Origin: Candidatus Methylomirabilota bacterium
GTDB lineage: Bacteria > Methylomirabilota > Methylomirabilia > Rokubacteriales > CSP1-6
Reading direction: 5' to 3'
Assembly: GCA_046726415.1 (NCBI GenBank)
Contig: JBKPAK010000190.1
Coordinates: forward strand, 1-37,488
Length of the DNA: 37,488 bases
The position numbers and the translations under genes were made by a program. Each line of letters starts with the position of its first letter. The first letter of the stretch is position 1. This document shows, in pieces, positions 30,342 through 37,488 of this stretch. Under the pieces are notes generated by a model that was given only the letters and a program-made list of their open reading frames with translations, ran no database searches and had not been told where the DNA came from.

Positions 30342-30890
30342 ATGCCGCGCGTTACCCCCATTTCCGGTAAGTCCGATGTGCCCGCCGAGCACCACGCCGT
30401 CGTCGACGCGGTCACGAAAGTGTTCGGCGGAGTGCGTGGGCCATTCAGCATGCTGCTTCACAGCCCGAAGCTGGCGGAGCGGGTGCTCGGCCTGGTCACC
30501 TACTTCCGCGACGAGAGCATCGTCGAGCCGAAGCTCCGCTCGGTCGCCATCCTGAGCGCCGTGCGCGAGCGCGAGGCGGCGTACGTGTGGGCCGCCCAGG
30601 TGGCCGCGGCGCGCCGCAACGGCGTGGGCGAGGAGACCATCGACCTGCTCCGGGCGAAGGGCGACCCGGGCAAGCTTCCCGCAGAAGAGCGGGAGATCGT
30701 CACCTACATTTGGCAGCTGATGCGCACGAACCGCAGCGACCAGGCGACGTTCGACGCACTCAAGAACCGGCACGGCGTGCAGTGGCTGGTCGAGCTGACC
30801 GCGGCGGCGAACTACTTCGCGCTCCTGTCGGGGGTCGTCAACGCCTTCGAGGTCGCGGCGCCGCCGGACGGCGACAAGCTGCCGGCGTAG
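30342..30890 (+). CDS. Carboxymuconolactone decarboxylase / AhpD-like protein (cysteine-free)
   Basis: GPFSMLLHSP, LRSVAIL, AARRNGV, LVELTAAANYF; SD AAAGGAG. Confidence 0.75.
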   Translation: MPRVTPISGKSDVPAEHHAVVDAVTKVFGGVRGPFSMLLHSPKLAERVLGLVTYFRDESIVEPKLRSVAILSAVREREAAYVWAAQVAAARRNGVGEETIDLLRAKGDPGKLPAEEREIVTYIWQLMRTNRSDQATFDALKNRHGVQWLVELTAAANYFALLSGVVNAFEVAAPPDGDKLPA

Positions 30891-30922
30891 CGACCCGGCC
30901 GCGCGCATCGGGACGCCCGAGC

Positions 30923-31471
30923 ATGGACCCCGGCCAGGAACTGGTGGACGTCGTCGACGATGACGATCGCGTGGTGACGACCGTCACTCGCCGTGAGATG
31001 CGCGCGGCCGGCCTGCTGCATCGGTGTACGTACGTGCTTCTCCGCAACGCCGCCGGCCAGGTGCTGGTTCATCGTCGCACGGACACCAAGGACATCCATC
31101 CCGGTGCGTACGATGTCTTCTCAGGCGGTGTCTGTGCCGCGGGGGAATCCTACGACGATTGTGCGCGGCGGGAGGTCGCGGAGGAGCTAGGCGTCATGGG
31201 CGTCGACCTCCGGTTCTTGTTCCGGCACCGGTACCGAGGGCCCGGTGCGCAGGCGTGGGGTGCTGTGTACGAGGGGCAGTGGGATGGCCTCGTGCGTCAT
31301 CAGGAGAGCGAGGTTGCCTGGAGCGGGTGGGTCGCTCTGGAACAGCTCGAACGGATGCTGAGCGAGATGCCCTTCTGCCCCGACTCGCGCGAGATCTTCA
31401 TGCGCTGGTGCGACGGCCGGCCAGCTGCGCGTGGCCGAGCGGCAAGCTCGGAGGTCAGAGGCAGACGATAG
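30923..31471 (+). CDS. yfcD: NUDIX hydrolase (YfcD-like)
   Basis: ELVDVVD, LLHRCTY, VHRRTDTKD, Nudix box GGVCAAGESYDDCARREVAEELGV, FCPDS. Confidence 0.8.
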   Translation: MDPGQELVDVVDDDDRVVTTVTRREMRAAGLLHRCTYVLLRNAAGQVLVHRRTDTKDIHPGAYDVFSGGVCAAGESYDDCARREVAEELGVMGVDLRFLFRHRYRGPGAQAWGAVYEGQWDGLVRHQESEVAWSGWVALEQLERMLSEMPFCPDSREIFMRWCDGRPAARGRAASSEVRGRR

Positions 31472-31652
31472 TCGAGAACCGGCCCCATTGACACGACGTG
31501 GAGGCGTCATCGATGCTGCATCTAGTGGCACCCTGGCCAGGGCGGTTGGTCAAGGCCGGTGCCCGTGAAAGAGGCAAGCGCCTTCGTCGGATCACGGCAA
31601 GATCGAGCCACGCACGCGGCAAGTCACACACGCGGAAGGTGAGACCATAACC

Positions 31653-32513
31653 ATGCGGTACGAGGCACCAGAGTCGTTGGACCGGGTGGTTGCCCTGCTC
31701 GCAGGAGCGACGGGCGACGCGCGGGTGCTGGCCGGGGGTACCGATCTCCTGGTCCAGATGCGCGCCGACATCGTCGACCCCGAGCTGATCGTCGACATCA
31801 AGAAAATCCCCGAGACCCGCGCCATCACCGAGGAGAAGGGCGGCTGGCGCATCGGCGCGGCGGTCACGGGAGCCGAGCTGAAGGAGCACCCCAGGCTCAA
31901 GCAGGTCTGGCCGGGGGTCATCGAGGCCGCGAACCTCATCGGCTCCACCCAGGTGCAGGGGCGCGCCACCTTGGGGGGCAATCTGTGCAACGGCTCGCCT
32001 GCGGCCGACAGCGTGCCCGCGCTCATCGCGGCGGGGGCGGTCGCCGCCGTGGCCGGCCCAACGGGCAAGCGCGACATCCCGGTGGAGGACGTCATGCTCG
32101 GACCCCGCCAACTCGCCCTCCGGAAGGGTGAGATCGTCGTCTCCTTCTGGTTGCCGCCGCGCCCCAAGGGCTCGGGCGACGCGTACCTGCGCTTCATCCC
32201 GCGCACCGAGATGGACATCGCCGTGGTGGGCGCAGGTGTGAGCTTGACCGTTGACAGCTCCAGCACGGTCACTGCGGCGCGCGTGGGACTGTGCGCGGTG
32301 GCCGCGCGGGTGCTGCTGGTCGCGGAGGCGGCCCAGGCGATCGTCGGGAGTCGTCTCGACGGCGCCGCACAGGAGCGGCTCGCCGCGGCGGCGCGGGCGG
32401 CGTGCCGGCCGATCGACGACAAACGAGGTACGGTGGAGTTCCGGGTCGAGATCGCGGGCGTGCTGACGCGCCGGGCGGCCCTGATCGCGCTGGACCGGGC
32501 GAGGGCGAACTGA
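31653..32513 (+). CDS. Xanthine dehydrogenase-family FAD-binding subunit (CoxM/CutM-like)
   Basis: LAGGTDL, RATLGGNLCNGSPAADS, PIDDKRGT. Confidence 0.92.
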   Translation: MRYEAPESLDRVVALLAGATGDARVLAGGTDLLVQMRADIVDPELIVDIKKIPETRAITEEKGGWRIGAAVTGAELKEHPRLKQVWPGVIEAANLIGSTQVQGRATLGGNLCNGSPAADSVPALIAAGAVAAVAGPTGKRDIPVEDVMLGPRQLALRKGEIVVSFWLPPRPKGSGDAYLRFIPRTEMDIAVVGAGVSLTVDSSSTVTAARVGLCAVAARVLLVAEAAQAIVGSRLDGAAQERLAAAARAACRPIDDKRGTVEFRVEIAGVLTRRAALIALDRARAN

Positions 32514-32989
32514 TGGCCAAGCACCACATCGCGGCGACGGTGAATGGAGACGACGTCGAGTTCCTCTGCGAGACGGAGGAGACGCTGCTCGACGTGCTCC
32601 GCGACACGCTCCAGCTGACCGGCAGCAAGGAAGGCTGTGCCTCCGGCGATTGTGGCGCCTGCAGCGTCACCTTGGACGGCCGGCTGGTCTGCGCATGCCT
32701 GGTGCTGGGCTGCGAGGTTGGCGGCCGACGCATTGAGACAATCGAGGGGATGGCCAAGGGAGAGGCGCTCCACCCCCTCCAGCAGCGGTTTCTGGAGCAT
32801 GCCGCGCTCCAGTGCGGCATCTGCACGCCGGGCTTCCTCGTGGCCTCGAAGGCGCTGCTGGAGAAGAAGTCCGACCCGACGGAGACCGAGGTACGCTACT
32901 GGCTAGCCGGCAACCTCTGCCGGTGCACGGGCTACGACAAGATTGTCAGCGCGGTGATGGACGCGGCCGCGGCGATGAGAAAGGGATAG
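32513..32989 (+). CDS. Xanthine dehydrogenase-family 2Fe-2S subunit (CoxS/CutS-like)
   Basis: ATG overlaps upstream TGA; GCASGDCGAC, QCGICTPG, GNLCRCTGY. Confidence 0.93.
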   Translation: MAKHHIAATVNGDDVEFLCETEETLLDVLRDTLQLTGSKEGCASGDCGACSVTLDGRLVCACLVLGCEVGGRRIETIEGMAKGEALHPLQQRFLEHAALQCGICTPGFLVASKALLEKKSDPTETEVRYWLAGNLCRCTGYDKIVSAVMDAAAAMRKG

Positions 32990-32991
32990 TC

Positions 32992-35280
32992 ATGGCCGAG
33001 ACGATGACCAACGGGCAGGCGCAGACGTACATCGGGACGCGCACCATCCGGCCGGATGGCGTCGACAAGGTCACAGGTCGCGCCCGCTTCGGAGCCGACT
33101 TCAACCTGCCAGGCCAGCTCATCGGGCGCGTGCTGCGCAGCCCGCATGCGCACGCGCGTATCCACTCGATCGACACGTCCAAGGCCGAAGCGCTGCCCGG
33201 CGTCAAGGCCGTGGTCACCCGAGACGATTTCCCCGATCAGCCCTCGGAGTTCATCCCGGCCGGCGAGATGATGATGAATTACCGCGACGTCGTCCGCAAC
33301 GTCATGGCGCGCGAGAAAGCGCTGTACGAGGGCCACGCCGTGGCCGCGGTGGCCGCCACGAGCGTGGCCATCGCCCGACGGGCGCTGAAGCTCATCGACG
33401 TGAAGTATGAGGTGCTGCCGCACGTGATTGACGTCCTCGAGGCCATGCGGCCCGACGCCCCGATCCTGCACGAGGACCTGTACACCGCTGGGGTCGAGCC
33501 CAAGCCCGAGAAGCCGTCGAACGTGGCCAAGCGCGTGGAGATCAGCCTGGGCGACATCGAGGCGGGCTTCCAGAAGGCCGAGGTGATCGTCGAGCGGGAG
33601 TTCCGGACGGCGCCCGTACATCAGGGGTACATCGAGCCGCACGCGGCGCTGGCCAGCGTGTCCGAAGACGGCTCGACCGAGCTGTGGTGCTCGACGCAGG
33701 GCCATTTCCTCGTGCGGGCTCACTGTGCCCGACTGCTCGGCATCGACATCGGGCGGATCCGCGTCACGGCCTCCGAGATCGGCGGCGGCTTCGGCGGCAA
33801 GACGATCATCTATCTCGAGCCGCTGGCCATGGCGCTATCGCGCAAGGCCAAGCGTCCCGTGAAGATGGTCATGTCGCGCGAGGAAGTGTTCAAGGCCTCC
33901 GGTCCAACCTCAGGCGCTACTGTGCGGGTCAAGCTGGGCGCGACCAAGGACGGCCGGTTCACCGCCGCCTTCGCCGAGCTCAAATACCAGGCGGGCGCGT
34001 TCCAGGGCTCGCCCGTGCAGCCTGGCGTCATGTGCGCCTTCGCGCCCTACGACATCGAGCACGTGAAGGTGATCGGCTACGATGTCGTCTCGAACCGCCC
34101 GAAGGTGGCGGCCTACCGGGCGCCCGGCGCTCCGATCTCCGAGTACGCCGTCGAGAGCGTCGTCGACGAGCTGGCCAAGAAGCTCGACATCGATCCCGTC
34201 GATCTCCGCATGCAAAACGCGGCGAGGGAAGGCACGAAGGCGGCCTATGGCCCGAAGTTCGGGCCGATCGGGCTGGAGGAGACGCTTAACGCCGTCAAGA
34301 AGACCGAGCACTGGAACGCCCCGCTCCGGAAGTGGCAGGGCCGGGGCGTCGCCTCGGGCTTCTGGTTCAACATCGGTGGCGAGACCTGTCTATCGCTCAC
34401 GGTGAACGAGGACGGCACGGTGTCGCTGATGGCCGGTACGCCGGACATCGGCGGCCTGCGCGCCTCGCTGGCCATGGTCGCCGCGGACGAGCTGGGGATC
34501 CCCTTCGATAAAGTCCGGCCGATCATCGGCGACACGGGTTCGCTCGGCTTCACCTTCCTGACCGGCGGCAGCCGCTCGGCCTTCTCGGGCTCCATGGCGG
34601 TGGTCGAGGCCGCCAAGCAGATCAAGATCGACCTGTGCGCACGGGCGGCGAAGCTGTGGGACCTCAAGCCCGATCAGGTCGAGTTCGCGGGCGGTCAGGT
34701 GAAGCCGGTCGGCGACGCCGCCGACAAGGTCAAGCCCATGTCGATCGCGGACTTCGCCAAGGTGGCCGGCAAGACCGGCGGGCCCATCGGAGGCTACGGC
34801 CGGATCAATGCGCAAGGCGCCGGGCCGAGCTTCGGGACTCATCTCGTCGACCTCGAAGTCGACCCCGAGACCGGGCGGGTGACCATCTTGCGCTACACCG
34901 TCGCCCAGGACGCTGGCAAGGCGATCCACCCGAGCTATGTCGAGGGACAGTTCCAGGGCGGAGCGGTGCAGGGCATCGGCTGGGCGCTGAACGAGGAGTA
35001 CATCTACGACGCCGACGGCAAGATGCAGAACGCCGGTTTCCTCGACTACCGCATGCCCGTGGCATCCGATGTGCCGATGATCGACGCGATCCTCGTCGAA
35101 GTGGCGAACCCACGCCATCCGTATGGCGTGCGCGGCGTCGGCGAGACGCCGATCGTGCCTCCCCTGGCGGCGGTGGCCAACGCCATGGAGAACGCGACCG
35201 GCATCCGCTTCACTGAGCTGCCGATGTCGCCGCCCAAAGTACTCAAAGCCCTCAAGGCGCGCGGCATCAATAAGGTCTGA
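32992..35280 (+). CDS. Xanthine dehydrogenase-family molybdopterin-binding subunit (CoxL/CutL-like, not a CODH)
   Basis: RSPHAHARI, HQGYIEPH, IGGGFGGK, AYRAPG, GQFQGGAVQGIG, DYRMP, GVGETP. Confidence 0.92.
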   Translation: MAETMTNGQAQTYIGTRTIRPDGVDKVTGRARFGADFNLPGQLIGRVLRSPHAHARIHSIDTSKAEALPGVKAVVTRDDFPDQPSEFIPAGEMMMNYRDVVRNVMAREKALYEGHAVAAVAATSVAIARRALKLIDVKYEVLPHVIDVLEAMRPDAPILHEDLYTAGVEPKPEKPSNVAKRVEISLGDIEAGFQKAEVIVEREFRTAPVHQGYIEPHAALASVSEDGSTELWCSTQGHFLVRAHCARLLGIDIGRIRVTASEIGGGFGGKTIIYLEPLAMALSRKAKRPVKMVMSREEVFKASGPTSGATVRVKLGATKDGRFTAAFAELKYQAGAFQGSPVQPGVMCAFAPYDIEHVKVIGYDVVSNRPKVAAYRAPGAPISEYAVESVVDELAKKLDIDPVDLRMQNAAREGTKAAYGPKFGPIGLEETLNAVKKTEHWNAPLRKWQGRGVASGFWFNIGGETCLSLTVNEDGTVSLMAGTPDIGGLRASLAMVAADELGIPFDKVRPIIGDTGSLGFTFLTGGSRSAFSGSMAVVEAAKQIKIDLCARAAKLWDLKPDQVEFAGGQVKPVGDAADKVKPMSIADFAKVAGKTGGPIGGYGRINAQGAGPSFGTHLVDLEVDPETGRVTILRYTVAQDAGKAIHPSYVEGQFQGGAVQGIGWALNEEYIYDADGKMQNAGFLDYRMPVASDVPMIDAILVEVANPRHPYGVRGVGETPIVPPLAAVANAMENATGIRFTELPMSPPKVLKALKARGINKV

Positions 35281-35284
35281 AGCG

Positions 35285-35449
35285 TGGCGAGCTATCGAGG
35301 AGCGCCCCGGGTTTCCCGGGGGGCGACGAACGTTGGGGGTGTGGGGGCCATGTCGGGGTGGCCAGGCCTGGCGAGCTATCGAGGAGCGCCCCGGGTTTCC
35401 CGGGGGGCGACGAACGTTGGGGGTGTGGGGGCCATGTCGGGGCCCCCAC
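35285..35449 (+). repeat. Tandemly duplicated two-hairpin repeat (copies 3 and 4); 74-bp exact direct repeat, period 84
   Basis: 35285-35358 is identical to 35369-35442; hairpins CCCCGGG-TTT-CCCGGGG and, complete only in the second copy, GTGGGGGCC-ATGTCGG-GGCCCCCAC. Confidence 0.9.
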
Positions 35450-35454
35450 GTTAA

Positions 35455-35703
35455 ATGCCCCGCGTAGTCCTGGTCGGCAACCTCTCGCAGCTCACGGGGG
35501 GCGTCGCCGAGTTCCAGCTCTCGGCGACGTCCGTAAAGCAGCTCTACCAGCAGCTCACCGAGCTCCACCCGGCGCTCGGGCGCCATCTCGAGGAGGGCGT
35601 GGCCGTGGCCATCGACGGCCAGATCTTCCAGGACGCTCTCCTCGAGCCCATCGGTCGCGACAGCGAGGTATTCCTCCTCCCGCAGATTGCGGGAGGTCAT
35701 TGA
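35455..35703 (+). CDS. MoaD/ThiS-family ubiquitin-like sulfur carrier protein
   Basis: 82 aa; VAVAIDG, EVFLLPQIAGG followed by one extra His. Confidence 0.85.
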   Translation: MPRVVLVGNLSQLTGGVAEFQLSATSVKQLYQQLTELHPALGRHLEEGVAVAIDGQIFQDALLEPIGRDSEVFLLPQIAGGH

Positions 35704-35711
35704 CCGCCTCG

Positions 35712-36593
35712 TCAGGTCTGGAGGTCGCCCACCGCCGCGGACAGAGCCTCGAGCTCGGCGAGCCAAGATGCGGGCGCGGCCAGCGGACGCACGACGAACT
35801 TGGAGAAGCCAATGGCCATGAAGCGCTCGATGAGCGCGCGCACAGCCGGCAACCCGACCGGCGTGAGCTCGAGCGCGCGCGGCCGTCGGGCGGTCATCAG
35901 GCGAGCGGTGGCCGGGTCGATGGGCGCGCCGGCGTAGCCGATGCTCACGCCGAAGTGCTCGCGGCTGATCGAGCGCCCGACCCGTGCCGCCACGTTTTCG
36001 ATCACGACCCGTCCGGCCGCCGCCTCTTCGGGCGTGCACAGGGAGGGTAGCCATCCGTCCGACAACCGACCACAGCGTTCGAGGGCGGCGGGTGCGGTGC
36101 CGCCCAACCACACTTCGAGCGGCTGCTGCATCGGCAGGGGCCAGAGCTTGACGTCGCGGAAGCTGCCGGCGATGCCGTCGTGGCTCACCGTCTCGCCGGC
36201 CCACAGGCGACGCAACAGCGGAAGCGCCTCGTCGATGAAGGCGCCGCGGCGTTTGGGGTCGATGCCGATGGCGTCGCGCTCCGGCGCGTAGGTGAGCCCG
36301 GGCACCAGGGTCACCAGCAGCCGCCCTCTGCACAGCACGTCGAGGCTCGCGAGCTGCTTGGCCAGCCGGACCACATTGCGTCCCGGCAACAGCATTGTGG
36401 TCCCGAGCTTCAGCCTCGGATTGCTGGCGGCGGCCCAGGAGAGGCCCACCACGGGATCGAGCCCCGGGCCGGTCAGCACCTCCGAGAGCCACAACGAGTC
36501 GAAGCCCAGCTGATCGAGACCGGTGACGAGCTCGGCCAGCGCGTCAGTCTTCAGAGACGCGCCTCCGGCCCCCACGCCTATGCGTATCTTCAT
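35712..36593 (-). CDS. LLM-class (luciferase-like) flavin/F420-dependent oxidoreductase
   Basis: GFDSLWLSE, LAKQLASLDVL, LWAGETVSHDG, EVWLGG, RLSDGWLP; SD AGGAGGTG. Confidence 0.88.
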   Translation of the reverse strand: MKIRIGVGAGGASLKTDALAELVTGLDQLGFDSLWLSEVLTGPGLDPVVGLSWAAASNPRLKLGTTMLLPGRNVVRLAKQLASLDVLCRGRLLVTLVPGLTYAPERDAIGIDPKRRGAFIDEALPLLRRLWAGETVSHDGIAGSFRDVKLWPLPMQQPLEVWLGGTAPAALERCGRLSDGWLPSLCTPEEAAAGRVVIENVAARVGRSISREHFGVSIGYAGAPIDPATARLMTARRPRALELTPVGLPAVRALIERFMAIGFSKFVVRPLAAPASWLAELEALSAAVGDLQT

Positions 36594-36662
36594 CTCACCT
36601 CCTCACACGCTCGAGCTCGCGGGGCGGAAGTATAGCGCCTCCGCTGGTCGAGGTCACCCCGA

Positions 36663-36737
36663 CGACCCATCGCCAGAGACCCGTGACCCGGCCCTCTCAA
36701 GGCTGAAACGCGGGTTCGAATCCCGTTGGGGCCACCA
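36663..36737 (+). tRNA. tRNA-Glu(CTC) pseudogene / att-site: intact 3' half, degenerate 5' half
   Basis: Anticodon arm CGGCC-CTCTCAA-GGCTG, T arm GCGGG-TTCGAAT-CCCGT, 3' strand TGGGGCC-A-CCA; 5' strand CGACCCA has 2 mismatches and the D-loop lacks GG. Confidence 0.8.
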
Positions 36738-36920
36738 CACGTGTTGCAGGGCAGTGCCTGCGATCACTGGGGTGATCGTGCCTTCTCCTGAGAACGTGTA
36801 GAACCGCCCGCCGGCACGGTCCTCGAGCTTGAAGACGAGCCGTCCGACAAGAAGTGCACGGAGCGCGTGACGCGCCGCCGCTGTCTCCTGTCGAAGCATC
36901 CCCTGCCAGTCCGTGAGCTG
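36738..36920 (-). pseudogene. C-terminal remnant of a probable site-specific recombinase (large serine recombinase-like) reading into the tRNA
   Basis: QLTDWQGMLRQETAAARHALRALLVGRLVF...RFYTFSGEGTITPVIAG, frame continuing antisense through the tRNA 3' end; family recalled from sequence style, no catalytic domain present. Confidence 0.5.
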
Positions 36921-37119
36921 CCGTCATCGTCCGCTTGTAGACGGAGAGCTGGTGGCGCAAGGCCAGGTTCTCGAGGGCGAGCTGGCGGTGGCCGCCGAGT
37001 AGGAAGGGGAGGAGCCGGAACAGGTGGAGTAGGAGAGTAATCATCGAGCTGAGATGGTGGCGGAATCCGGTCCGTCAGATCAACCAGTTCCCCGCCGGAC
37101 GGGGTTTTGGCGACGGACA
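36921..37119 (-). mobile_element. IS remnant: left end plus first ~41 codons of an integrase-core (DDE, IS481/IS3-like) transposase
   Basis: Minus strand terminus TGTCCGTCGCCAAAACCCC at 37119; ORF from 37044 MITLLLHLFRLLPFLLGGHRQLALENLALRHQLSVYKRT, then truncated. Confidence 0.65.
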
Positions 37120-37292
37120 GGTTGGTGCGATAGGGTAGACTTGCTGTGGCGACCGTGACGTGAGTCGACGATGTCTTCTACCTCGCCCGGGCAGTTGAAG
37201 AGCTTCCCGGGAATCCAGTGGCACGTGGGCCACGCGCGCACGCGTTGCCAGCTTTTCGACCCAACTCTCGCTTGGAAGGAGGTCACGGGCTC

Positions 37293-37488
37293 ATGCGGAC
37301 GACAGGGCGGCTGATGGTTTTGGCGGTCACGTTGACCAGTCTGATGGCCGGATGCGCCGAGCGTGCGGCTGCGCCGGTGGCGGCGGGCGCGGGGGCTCCG
37401 GGGGACACGACGGGGAAGGTCAGGCTCGAGAGCACGTCCATCGCGCTGGGCGTTGGCGTCAGCTGGGGTGACGGGACTCTCGAGTACC
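37293..37488 (+). CDS. Putative lipoprotein (DUF1134-like), 3'-truncated by window edge; absent from ORF track
   Basis: SD AAGGAGGT; MRTTGRLMVLAVTLTSLMAGC lipobox; GKVRLESTSIALGVGVSWGDGTLEY. Confidence 0.7.
   Translation, partial: MRTTGRLMVLAVTLTSLMAGCAERAAAPVAAGAGAPGDTTGKVRLESTSIALGVGVSWGDGTLEY

Noticed and set aside
31494..31652. Moco riboswitch in the leader of the molybdoenzyme operon
   Set aside because: Only weak hairpins; I could not match the conserved Moco motif by eye. An Rfam search would settle it.
32992..35280. Aerobic CO dehydrogenase (coxMSL)
   Set aside because: Active-site loop is AYRAPG, without the Cu-binding Cys of AYxCSFR; no coxDEFG accessory genes.
35295..35370. SAH riboswitch (GAGGAGCG start, nearby GCCAGGC)
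   Set aside because: Lacks the following UUGC and the pseudoknot partner; downstream genes are unrelated to SAH metabolism; the motif is part of the dispersed repeat.
35285..35449. CRISPR array
   Set aside because: Only two 74-bp units with a 10-bp linker, no unique spacers and no cas genes.
34390..36492. Long antisense or alternate-frame ORFs (700 aa here; also 2538-4232, 25705-27471, 29073-30908, 20087-21478)
   Set aside because: Shadow ORFs expected at high GC; they overlap well-supported genes and have no recognisable motifs.
37311..37330. Second IS terminal repeat (GATGGTTTTGGCGGTCAC)
   Set aside because: Same orientation as the end at 37119, only a partial match, and inside the lipoprotein signal-peptide coding sequence.

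Overview
GC-rich bacterial chromosomal segment; the gene style suggests Candidatus Rokubacteria/Methylomirabilota (inference only). It is dominated by uptake and catabolic genes: a Liv-type ABC system with an embedded acyl-CoA synthetase, an orphan family-5 binding protein, a sigma54-preceded PotABCD-like ABC operon ending in a PuuE-like allantoinase, a sugar ABC system, an M-S-L xanthine-dehydrogenase-family molybdoenzyme with a MoaD-like gene, several flavin/F420-type oxidoreductases and a MEDS protein plus PAS histidine kinase. Features not in the ORF track: a dispersed two-hairpin intergenic repeat at three loci (one tandemly duplicated); several decay scars (frameshifted MFS gene, in-frame internally deleted dihydropyrimidinase, esterase 3' remnant); a permease with no canonical start codon; and, at the right end, a half-degenerate tRNA-Glu(CTC) joined to probable recombinase and IS remnants. 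No CRISPR array, rRNA or intact mobile element was seen. No clearly new multi-gene system is demonstrated; the repeat family, the tRNA/recombinase junction and the sigma54 PuuE transporter operon are the best leads.
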